DNA of 64,000 nucleotides from Alphaproteobacteria bacterium (GTDB lineage Bacteria; Pseudomonadota; Alphaproteobacteria; JABAAW01; JAHZMA01): NCBI GenBank assembly GCA_965206365.1, contig CBDBJL010000008.1, positions 268 to 64,267 of the forward strand, read 5' to 3'. Shown piece by piece: positions 56,195 to 64,000 of this stretch (position 1 is its first letter; each line of letters starts with the position of its first letter). The notes under the pieces were generated by a model. It saw only the letters and a program-made list of their open reading frames with translations, ran no database searches and was not told where the DNA came from. The position numbers and the translations under genes were made by a program.

Positions 56195-57034
56195 ATGCCT
56201 GAATTGCCTGAAGTTGAAACTGTACGCCATGCTCTTGAAAGTTTTATCGGCTATGAAACAAAATTAATTAACGGTGAAATCACCCGCCCTAATTTGCGCT
56301 TTGCCTTCCCCGAAAATTTTATCGCCCGCATGCAGCAAACAAAAATTACAAAATTTGATCGCCATGGCAAATATTTACTTCTGCATTTAAGCAATGATTT
56401 AATTTGGTTAATCCATTTGGGAATGTCGGGGCAAATCCGCTTAAACCGCAATATTGCGGATCCTAAAACTCGGCACCATCATGTGAATTTAATCTTTAGC
56501 AACAAGAAATATCTTTCCTTCTATGATCCGCGTCGCTTTGGTTTTATGGATTTATTTCCGACAAATCAGTGGGCACAAAATCGTTTTCTGGCAAAACTTG
56601 GCTTCGACCCGATCACAACCCCAAACAATATGGCGACAGCTTTATTAACAAAAGCACGCGGTTGCCAAACCCACATGAAAGGTTTTTTGCTAAATCAAAG
56701 CAATATTGCTGGAATTGGAAATATCTATTGTAGCGAAACCTTGTGGCTAGCAAAAATCCACCCTGAGCGCCCAGCAAAATCGCTAAGCAAAAAAGAATGG
56801 CAAAATGTAAGCCAAGCGATTAATGAAATTCTGCGAAAAGCCATTAAGGCTGGAGGGTCGAGCTTTTCTGATTTCTCACATCCTGATGGCACTTTAGGCT
56901 ATTTTCAAAATCAATGGCACGCCTATGGCAAAGCCGGCGAGGCATGCCAACGTTGCCAAAAATCACCAATCAAACGCATCATACAAAATAACCGTGCCAG
57001 TTTTTTTTGCAGTCACTGCACTCCAGAAATATAA
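56195..57034 (+). CDS. mutM: Formamidopyrimidine-DNA glycosylase
   Basis: MPELPEVETV N-terminus and a C-terminal zinc finger CQRC...CSHC. Confidence 0.9.
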   Translation: MPELPEVETVRHALESFIGYETKLINGEITRPNLRFAFPENFIARMQQTKITKFDRHGKYLLLHLSNDLIWLIHLGMSGQIRLNRNIADPKTRHHHVNLIFSNKKYLSFYDPRRFGFMDLFPTNQWAQNRFLAKLGFDPITTPNNMATALLTKARGCQTHMKGFLLNQSNIAGIGNIYCSETLWLAKIHPERPAKSLSKKEWQNVSQAINEILRKAIKAGGSSFSDFSHPDGTLGYFQNQWHAYGKAGEACQRCQKSPIKRIIQNNRASFFCSHCTPEI

Positions 57035-57070
57035 AATATCGAAATAAGAAAAAATTAACCCGAATAAAAT

Positions 57071-57817
57071 TTAACCGGCTACACGCACCAATTTTCCATT
57101 TTGCACATGCAAACCGCATTCTTTCTGGACCTCATCTTCCCACCACCAACGACCCGCACGCTCATCTTCATTCGCGGCAATGGCCCGCGTACAAGGCGCG
57201 CAACCAATAGAAGCAAAACCTCGATCATGGAGAACATTATAAGGAATTTTTTGCGCATGAATATGTGCCCAAACTTCCTCTGATGACCAATCAATCAACG
57301 GGTTGAATTTTAGCAATTTACGCTCAACATCCACCGCAACAATTGGCATATCGATACGATTTTGTGATTGCGAAGCCCGTAGCCCCGTTATCCAAGCCCG
57401 AGCCCCCTGAAGCGCGCGCCCCAGCGGTTCAATTTTTCTAATCTCACAACATTCTTTCCGATTTTCAACCGTATCATAAAAAGCATTAACGCCCCGATTC
57501 GATGTAAATGCCTCTAAATCAGTATGATTAGGATAGTAAAGCTGAATCATATTGCCCGACAATTCTTGCATTTTCGCCAAAAGCTTATAAGTTTCTGGAA
57601 ATAACCGACCCGTCTCTAAAGTGAAAATTTTGATCTCAGCCATTTTCTCAGCCAACAAAACACTGGTAATGATCTGATCCTCTAAACCTAAACTCGTAGA
57701 AAAAGCAACCATGCCTTCCACGCGCTCACGAAATACAATCATCCGTTCACACAAAGTTAGCGGAACTAATTCCGCTTGTAGATTAGCAACAAATTCTTGT
57801 GATAAAATATTGTCCAT
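57071..57817 (-). CDS. cysH: Thioredoxin-dependent adenylyl-sulfate / phosphoadenylyl-sulfate reductase, Fe-S type
   Basis: ECCEIRKIEPL (CC pair), SIGCAPCTRA (CxxC) and the C-terminal KECGLH catalytic motif. Confidence 0.85.
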   Translation of the reverse strand: MDNILSQEFVANLQAELVPLTLCERMIVFRERVEGMVAFSTSLGLEDQIITSVLLAEKMAEIKIFTLETGRLFPETYKLLAKMQELSGNMIQLYYPNHTDLEAFTSNRGVNAFYDTVENRKECCEIRKIEPLGRALQGARAWITGLRASQSQNRIDMPIVAVDVERKLLKFNPLIDWSSEEVWAHIHAQKIPYNVLHDRGFASIGCAPCTRAIAANEDERAGRWWWEDEVQKECGLHVQNGKLVRVAG

Positions 57818-58232
57818 AGAAAACCCCCATCCATATTTAATTCACTAAATATTAAATTTTCACTTATCCCAAGTTTCCACGCAGTCCACGTTGGTAACCT
57901 GTTTCACTATACTTGCTATAAAACGTTATTTTTTTTTGAAACAACCCACTTTTATCACCCAAAGTAAAAACAGCCACGGCTGATTGCAATGCAATTTGAT
58001 TTTGGTCAAAATTTTGATATGTATACATTAGCTTGATCCTTCAACAAAAAATAATTTTCTAAACCACAAAAATTCTTAAGAAAGTTCTAAATCCAAAACT
58101 TCCTTAACTTGATTATGCCTATTTTTATCTTGCATTTGAAGCATAATAAATCTATTAGTATATGCTTAAATTAGATGATTATTACGACAATCACTAACGA
58201 TACCATAATCTTATTCCAATGATTCTGTAGCC

Positions 58233-59138
58233 ATGACTTTAGCCCAAATGAAATTATTAAAATTACTCGTCGAAAATGGTGGCAATATCTCGCATGCTGC
58301 TGAAAAACTCCATATTGCACAATCAGCACTTAGTCGCCGTTTACAACAATTAGAAGCAGAGTTATACCAGCAATTGTTCCATCGAAACGGCAAAAGATTA
58401 GGTGGTTTAACCAAATTTGGTGTTGAAATTTTGGAACAAGTAAATCAAATGCTGATCTCTGAAACCAATATTATTAACCTTGCTGCCGATTACCGTGCCA
58501 ATGATCGTGGTACTTTATCCATTGCCACCACCCATGCACAAGCCCGTTATTTTTTGCCCAATCCTTTATTAAAATTTACTCGGCAATATCCCAATGTTCG
58601 TATGTTATTTCAACAAGACCGACCCAGCCACCTGTTAGATATGCTCTATAGCGGCGAGGCTGATTTCGTCATTTGCACTGAACAATTAACCCAAGATCCC
58701 CGAATCGATTCGACCCCACTTTATCAATGGAACCATATTTTAGCACTACCGGCCAACCATCCCTTGCATCAAGGCAAAATAACCCTAGAGCGTTTAACCG
58801 AATATCCCTTATTAACTTATCTCGAAGGCATTACCGGACGTACAATATTACAACAAAGCTTTCATGAGGCCGGTGTTGCCTTAAACCCACTATTTTCAGC
58901 TTCTGATTCTGATGTTTTAATAGAATATGTTAAGTCGGGCTTTGGTGTGGGTGTGTTATGTGGAATGGCGCGCGCAGAAATTGAAGAACGTGGGTTGACA
59001 ACCATTTCAATGCGCGGTAGGCTACCACAATTTCAAACAAAAACTGGGTGGATGAGAAACCGGAGATTACGCACCTTTGAGAAAATATTACTCAAAGAGC
59101 TAATCAGTTATGCGAATCAATTAGACTGGCGTGAGTAA
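58233..59138 (+). CDS. LysR-family transcriptional regulator, CysB/Cbl-like
   Basis: N-terminal HTH NISHAAEKLHIAQSALSRRLQQLEAEL, followed by FHRNGKRLGGLTKFG as in CysB-type regulators. It is divergent from cysH. Confidence 0.7.
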   Translation: MTLAQMKLLKLLVENGGNISHAAEKLHIAQSALSRRLQQLEAELYQQLFHRNGKRLGGLTKFGVEILEQVNQMLISETNIINLAADYRANDRGTLSIATTHAQARYFLPNPLLKFTRQYPNVRMLFQQDRPSHLLDMLYSGEADFVICTEQLTQDPRIDSTPLYQWNHILALPANHPLHQGKITLERLTEYPLLTYLEGITGRTILQQSFHEAGVALNPLFSASDSDVLIEYVKSGFGVGVLCGMARAEIEERGLTTISMRGRLPQFQTKTGWMRNRRLRTFEKILLKELISYANQLDWRE

Positions 59139-59140
59139 CT

Positions 59141-59764
59141 ATGTATCATCTTTTAGAACGTGAAAAGTTTTTCCAAGAATCTAACCCAAAAATGATTTAT
59201 TCCCGAGGCATGTTGCCCGTAGGTAATAAATTTTATGATGCCTTATTTTTCTTTTATCATGGTTGGCTAGCCGGACTTCAGCTTTACCGCGACGCTCGAA
59301 ATAACCCGATCAGCGAAACCGTAATTTTAGCAAATATGCAAAAAAAATACCCCAATGTAACATTTAACCGAGATATTGCCGCGCAAAAATACATTCAATA
59401 TATTCGTAGCCAAGCACGAAAAACGAAAAAATCCAAAATATTTCTCAAAACCTCTCCTACCCTAACCACAAAAACCTGGCAACCTTGGATTTTTGCTGTC
59501 GGTACAGAATTTCAAATTGAAATTTGGCGTGAATTGCTAAAAATCCCGGTTGGCGAAACCCGTACCTATCAAGACATCGCCAAACAAATCGGCAAGCCTA
59601 AACATATGCGTGCCATTGGTGGAGCCAATAATGCCAATCCTGTGGTTTATTTTATTCCCTGCCATCGCGTTATTAACCACAAGGGAAATATTGGTGGTTA
59701 TGCTTACGGAATCAACTGTAAACGCGATTTTCTCAGTGCCGAAGGTGTTGCGATTTCCGCATAA
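59141..59764 (+). CDS. ogt: Methylated-DNA--protein-cysteine methyltransferase
   Basis: IPVGETRTYQDIAKQIG, the active site IPCHRVI, and GNIGGYAYG. Confidence 0.85.
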   Translation: MYHLLEREKFFQESNPKMIYSRGMLPVGNKFYDALFFFYHGWLAGLQLYRDARNNPISETVILANMQKKYPNVTFNRDIAAQKYIQYIRSQARKTKKSKIFLKTSPTLTTKTWQPWIFAVGTEFQIEIWRELLKIPVGETRTYQDIAKQIGKPKHMRAIGGANNANPVVYFIPCHRVINHKGNIGGYAYGINCKRDFLSAEGVAISA

Positions 59765-59940
59765 TCGGAAATTTAGAACCTCTTCATGCGCAGCAATTCT
59801 CATTGCAAAAATTAACCTTCGACATAAAACACTTGCTATTAAGAATAGTTCTTATTATAAGGATAGTTAATATTAAGAATGGTTCTTAATATTAACTATC
59901 CTTGCTTCACTCCGATGATGCTTTATCGAAAGGATTCCCT

Positions 59941-61014
59941 ATGTTCCTATCTCTGTTGCGAGCGAAAATGCCGACATATTTTGCTCTCATAAACTTAAAA
60001 CACCTCTTATTATTCATTGCAATCGCATTTGTTTTTAATTTCACTGTATTGCCCTTATCTGCAGCCGAAAAAGAAGTGAATGTTTATTCTTATCGACAAA
60101 GTTTCTTGCTAGAGCCTATTTTTAAGAAATTTACGGCAAAAACAGGCATTACCGTTAATTTGCTTAGCGGATCTAAAGGCCTTGTCGAACGCATTCATGC
60201 TGAGGGGAGTAAAAGCCCTACAGATGTTTTATTCACTACCAATTTTTCTCGTCTGCAAGATGCTGTCGATGCTGATATTACCGCACAACTGCATGATAAA
60301 AAAATCGAATCCATGCTCTCACCAAAATTTATTGACCCTTCCGGTAATTGGTTTGCCTTAACAACACGCGCACGCATTATTTATGCTTCAAAAGAACGCG
60401 TTACCAAAGACGAAATTAAAGATTATGCCGACCTTGCCGATGCCAAATGGCGCGGGAAAATTTGCACTCGAAGTGGAACCCACAGCTATAATCTTGGGCT
60501 CTTTGCTTCTTTCATTCATCATTGGGGCAAGGCTGAAACCGAAAAATGGCTTCAAGCCGTTAAAAAGAATCTTGCGCGTAAACCCCAAGGCAATGATCGT
60601 GCTCAGGTAAAAGCGATTAAAGAAGGCTTATGTGATCTTGCCATTGGCAACAGCTATTATTACGGTTTAATGCTTAATGATGCCAAGCAAAAAAGCTGGG
60701 CGAAGACCGTTAATATTATCTTTCCCAATCAAGAAAAAACCGGTACCCATATGAATATTAGCGGTATGGCACTCATGAAACATGCCCCCAACCGTGAAAA
60801 CGCCATCGAATTAATGCGCTTTATGCTCAGCGAAGATATTCAAAAATTCTATGCGGAAGAAAATTTTGAATATCCCGTACATCCTGATGTTGCCACACCC
60901 AAAAATATTGCCGCTTGGGGTGAATTTACGGCTGATAATACCAAATTAATTGATATTTTCAACTTACGAATGCAAGCTTTTGAATTGGTTACCAAAACAC
61001 GTTTCAATAATTAA
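59941..61014 (+). CDS. Fe(3+) ABC transporter periplasmic substrate-binding protein (FbpA/AfuA-like)
   Basis: Signal peptide followed by VNVYSYRQSFLLEPIFKKFTAKTGITVNL, RSGTHSYN and GNSYYYG. No permease or ATPase gene is adjacent. Confidence 0.7.
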   Translation: MFLSLLRAKMPTYFALINLKHLLLFIAIAFVFNFTVLPLSAAEKEVNVYSYRQSFLLEPIFKKFTAKTGITVNLLSGSKGLVERIHAEGSKSPTDVLFTTNFSRLQDAVDADITAQLHDKKIESMLSPKFIDPSGNWFALTTRARIIYASKERVTKDEIKDYADLADAKWRGKICTRSGTHSYNLGLFASFIHHWGKAETEKWLQAVKKNLARKPQGNDRAQVKAIKEGLCDLAIGNSYYYGLMLNDAKQKSWAKTVNIIFPNQEKTGTHMNISGMALMKHAPNRENAIELMRFMLSEDIQKFYAEENFEYPVHPDVATPKNIAAWGEFTADNTKLIDIFNLRMQAFELVTKTRFNN

Positions 61015-61031
61015 AAAATATCTTATTTTCT

Positions 61032-61586
61032 TTATAATTTCGGCAAAGTTACCCCTATTTGTCCTTGATACTTGCCCTTGCGATCGGCATAAGAAACCTC
61101 GCAAGGGCTTTTTCCTTGTAGAAACAAAAACTGACAAGCCCCTTCATTGGCATAAATTCGTGCTGGTAGCGGTGTGGTGTTAGAAAACTCTAAGGTTACA
61201 TGCCCCTCCCATTCGGGTTCCAAAGGCGTAACATTAATAATAATGCCGCAACGGGCATAGGTGGATTTTCCCAAACAAATCACCAACACATCTCGTGGGA
61301 TCTTAAAATATTCTACTGTGCGTGCTAAAGCAAAAGAATTAGGAGGAACCACACATACATCTTGCTTGCGCTCAACAAAGGCTTCTGCGTTAAAATTTTT
61401 AGGATCCACAACCGCCGAATCAACATTCGTAAAAATACGAAATTCATCCGCAACTCTGGCATCATAGCCATAAGAGGAAAGCCCATACGAAATGACACCA
61501 TCGCGTTTTTGATTTTCGACAAAAGGGGTAATTAGTTCGCGTGTTTGGGCTTGTTGCCTTATCCAAGAATCTGGCAAAATACTCAT
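61032..61586 (-). CDS. dcd: dCTP deaminase
   Basis: [30 protein letters not shown] and [23 protein letters not shown]. Confidence 0.9.
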   Translation of the reverse strand: MSILPDSWIRQQAQTRELITPFVENQKRDGVISYGLSSYGYDARVADEFRIFTNVDSAVVDPKNFNAEAFVERKQDVCVVPPNSFALARTVEYFKIPRDVLVICLGKSTYARCGIIINVTPLEPEWEGHVTLEFSNTTPLPARIYANEGACQFLFLQGKSPCEVSYADRKGKYQGQIGVTLPKL

Positions 61587-61886
61587 TTATTGCTCGTCCG
61601 GCAAGCTTGCTTTATTGGTATTTCGGGCCCGTTGTTGCTGTTTACGACGTGAAATATTTTTTTTTAATGCTTGCTGTGCCTGTAAAATACGCATTTTTTT
61701 GCCCTTTCCATGATTCGCTGACTTGTTTTGAAGCAAAACTTGCTCAGAAAGAGGCGATATCGCCTCTTGTTTCAATGTCGGTTTTCCCACCGGCTTTGTT
61801 TCAACACACTCGTCTAATATTTCTTGTGGCAATATTTTTGGTGATAAGAATTGATTTTTTTGACACATTACGCTAACTATAGTCAC
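61587..61886 (-). CDS. Hypothetical protein with a strongly basic C-terminus
   Basis: 99-aa ORF whose stop codon directly abuts the dcd ATG. C-terminus KGKKMRILQAQQALKKNISRRKQQQRARNTNK. No family recognised. Confidence 0.3.
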   Translation of the reverse strand: MTIVSVMCQKNQFLSPKILPQEILDECVETKPVGKPTLKQEAISPLSEQVLLQNKSANHGKGKKMRILQAQQALKKNISRRKQQQRARNTNKASLPDEQ

Positions 61887-61998
61887 CCTTGATGCGAGAA
61901 AGTTTCTTTACAAAATTCAGTAATAACGTAAAGAATGCCCATTTTCTCAATTTTATTCAATCTATTTTATTCAATTTTCCCAAATTTATTGGCACAAA

Positions 61999-62988
61999 AT
62001 GTCACTTTTCTTAAAAATCGGCACCCGTACTTCACCTCTTGCCCACAAGCAAACCCAGCTATTCTGTGAAATGCTTCATCGAATAGAACCGAATATGCGT
62101 TATCAAATTGTGGATATTATTACCAGTGGCGACACCCACTTAAACGGTCCGCTTTATGATATTGGTGGCAAAGGTTTATTTGTTAAAGAGCTAGACCAAG
62201 CTTTGCTGAGTGGCGAGATCGATGTTGCCGTGCATTCTGCCAAGGATTTAGAAGCCAATCTTGCCCCTGATATTATGGTAGCTTGCCTTTTGCCCCGTGA
62301 TGATCGGCGCGACGCCTTGATCAGCTTAACCGCCTCAACAATTGCTGAATTGCCCCAAGGTGCAAAGATTGGAACCGCATCGGTACGCCGTAGGGCACAA
62401 TTACTAGCAATGCGCCCTGATCTCAATATTGTAGCTGTACGCGGCAAAGTTGAAACCAGATTAAAAAAGCTAGAAGAAGGGGATAAGGCCCATGGGCGAT
62501 TAGATGGCATTATCCTTGCCTGTGCCGGGCTTAACCGTTTGGGGATTCCCCGCGGGACCCCCCTTGACCCTATTAAAATGCTACCCGCAGCCGGGCAAGG
62601 CATCATCGTTGCAACAATTCATATCCAAAATCAAAATTTACATCATCTGCTTTTTCCATTTTGTCACCAACCCACTTTAGATGAATTTTTATCCGAACGT
62701 GCGTTAATGCGCCGTTTAGATGGTTCATGTCGAACTCCCATCGGAGTTTTAACCAATTTTCAATCTCGTAATGGCAATGATAAAAAACGTCAAACCTTGC
62801 CAAACAATAAAATTATCGCGCAAATCACTCACCCCGATGGCAGCGATTATTTACGCCTTGAAAATCATAGCGAGCGTGATCCTGAAACCATGGGGGATCA
62901 TTTAGGCAAAAACTTTCTTGAAAAACTCCAAGCTTTGGAAAAAAAAACCGGCTCAAATTTATTAGATGCCACATATTTGCAAAAATAA
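61999..62988 (+). CDS. hemC: Hydroxymethylbilane synthase (porphobilinogen deaminase)
   Basis: IGTRTSPLAHKQT, GGKGLFVKELD, HSAKDL, RGKVETRLKKL and the cofactor cysteine in LDGSCRTPIG. Confidence 0.9.
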   Translation: MSLFLKIGTRTSPLAHKQTQLFCEMLHRIEPNMRYQIVDIITSGDTHLNGPLYDIGGKGLFVKELDQALLSGEIDVAVHSAKDLEANLAPDIMVACLLPRDDRRDALISLTASTIAELPQGAKIGTASVRRRAQLLAMRPDLNIVAVRGKVETRLKKLEEGDKAHGRLDGIILACAGLNRLGIPRGTPLDPIKMLPAAGQGIIVATIHIQNQNLHHLLFPFCHQPTLDEFLSERALMRRLDGSCRTPIGVLTNFQSRNGNDKKRQTLPNNKIIAQITHPDGSDYLRLENHSERDPETMGDHLGKNFLEKLQALEKKTGSNLLDATYLQK

Positions 62989-62994
62989 ACCATC

Positions 62995-63765
62995 ATGCTT
63001 GCAAACAAACACCCACACAGGAACAAAATTTTAATCACCCGCCCTGAACAAGATGCGAAAACCTTAAGCCGAAAATTAAAAGAGCTGGGATATGAGCCGA
63101 TTCTCCTACCGATGATGAAAATTAACTTCACAACCGAAACTCTTAATCTAGAAAATATTGATCGATTAATTTTCACTTCTGCCAATGGTGTGCGCGCATT
63201 TGTAAATCAACTCGATAAAAACACTCCTTGGCAGTTGCCAGTTTACGCTGTAGGTGAAAAGACAGCAGGTACGCTGAAATCTTTTGGATTCAAGCACATC
63301 TTCACCGCACAAGGCAATGCCGAAAAATTATACCAATTGATCCTCTCTCATGCCCCTAAAACCCAATTTTTATATCATGCAAGGGCAAGCAACCATCCCC
63401 ATAAACTTGCTGAACGCCTTGAAAAACAAGGGTTTCAAGTAAGAAAGCAAAATTTATATCATACCGTAGAACGCACAAATTTACCCAAAGATTTTATTGA
63501 TTTACTGCCACAATTAAAAGCCATCATGTTATTTTCACCACGTACAGCAAAAGTTTTCTTGCAACTTTTACAAAAAATTGATTGGCATAAACACATTTAT
63601 GATATAAATTTCGTGTGTTTAAGTGTGCAGGTGCGTATGCATATCCAAAATGAACTTTTAGGTTTGCCTAAATTTCATACGAGAAGTATCGTGGCGTGCA
63701 CTTCTAGTGAAGATATGATGTTGAAGGCATTGGCAAAAATAGATGATCAAGATAAGAGAAATTAG
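62995..63765 (+). CDS. hemD: Uroporphyrinogen-III synthase
   Basis: ILITRPEQDAKTLSRKLKELGYEPILLP, FTSANGVRAF and FSPRTAKVF. It lies immediately after hemC. Confidence 0.75.
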   Translation: MLANKHPHRNKILITRPEQDAKTLSRKLKELGYEPILLPMMKINFTTETLNLENIDRLIFTSANGVRAFVNQLDKNTPWQLPVYAVGEKTAGTLKSFGFKHIFTAQGNAEKLYQLILSHAPKTQFLYHARASNHPHKLAERLEKQGFQVRKQNLYHTVERTNLPKDFIDLLPQLKAIMLFSPRTAKVFLQLLQKIDWHKHIYDINFVCLSVQVRMHIQNELLGLPKFHTRSIVACTSSEDMMLKALAKIDDQDKRN

Positions 63766-63819
63766 CAATAATTTTCGAGAAAATGCGAAAAGTGAAATTT
63801 TGAAAGTAGAATCCTAGAA

Positions 63820-64000
63820 ATGGCAGAACCTTTTGATATTGTTGGCGAGGATTACGTTCTTGCTATTTTGGATAGTTTCGGTGGGCTTCGCCCCATGGCA
63901 AAACATCTTGGTTTAGGCGTTAGTACTGTTCAAGGTTGGAAACAACGCCATAAAATCCCTGCCAATCGCCTAGCCGATATTGCGAAAGCAGCAAAAGATA
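63820..64000 (+). CDS. 5' end of a gene running off the window; possible alphaproteobacterial Mic60-like / HemX-position protein
   Basis: My translation is MAEPFDIVGEDYVLAILDSFGGLRPMAKHLGLGVSTVQGWKQRHKIPANRLADIAKAAKD. It occupies the slot after hemC-hemD. Only 60 codons are visible. Confidence 0.3.
   Translation, partial: MAEPFDIVGEDYVLAILDSFGGLRPMAKHLGLGVSTVQGWKQRHKIPANRLADIAKAAKD

Noticed and set aside
57850-58020. 56-codon minus-strand ORF (MYTYQNFDQNQIALQSAVAVF...) between cysH and the LysR gene
   Set aside because: No recognisable family and no ribosome-binding site that I can see. It lies in an AT-rich divergent promoter region. It is probably non-coding.
1-64000. Alternative genetic code (for example TGA read as Trp), as in some reduced genomes
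   Set aside because: Conserved genes end at TGA, TAA or TAG at the expected lengths. Several gene pairs use ATGA stop/start overlaps (25597-25600, 8148-8151, 1605-1608). The disruptions are frame changes rather than in-frame stops, apart from 8148-8432.

Overview
AT-rich alphaproteobacterial chromosome segment (class I LysRS, GapR/DUF2312, alpha-type dcw gene order, hemC-hemD synteny). It looks host-associated or intracellular, with ankyrin expansions and localised gene decay. Layout: (1) 1-11.4 kb is a decayed Mu-like prophage late region on the minus strand, with almost every structural gene frameshifted. (2) 11.7-16.3 kb holds an EF-hand protein, DUF924, HupE/UreJ behind a cobalamin riboswitch, pgk, tRNA-Ser(GCU) and an outer-membrane protein. 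(3) 16.3-23.8 kb is an accessory island: a possible IS630-like transposase wreck, then three tandem membrane-anchored ankyrin-repeat paralogs. These share near-identical 5' and 3' modules, carry internal tandem repeats and several indels, and short repeats mark the island junctions. (4) 23.8-36.1 kb is housekeeping: pepF, a class I lysK broken by five indels, an SH3 protein, glmM, ribF, dapB, tldD, a secreted ankyrin protein, a RatA/Coq10-like gene and lipA. (5) 36.1-55.5 kb is a complete dcw cluster (rsmH-ftsL-ftsI-murE/F-mraY-murD-ftsW-murG-murC-murB-ddl-ftsQ-ftsA-ftsZ). It has two oddities: an in-frame MurE-MurF fusion (998 aa) and a 905-aa FtsZ whose linker carries two tandem-repeat arrays. 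No mraZ is present. (6) 55.8-64 kb holds gapR, mutM, an Fe-S type APS/PAPS reductase with a divergent CysB-like regulator, ogt, an iron-binding SBP, dcd, hemC, hemD and the start of a possible alpha-Mic60-like gene. I found no CRISPR array, rRNA or recognisable defence system. The best candidates for something new are the ankyrin cassette array with its repeat-marked junctions, the giant repeat-bearing FtsZ linker, the MurE-MurF fusion, and the strictly selective indel decay that includes lysK. All family assignments come from reading the translations by eye; no searches were run.
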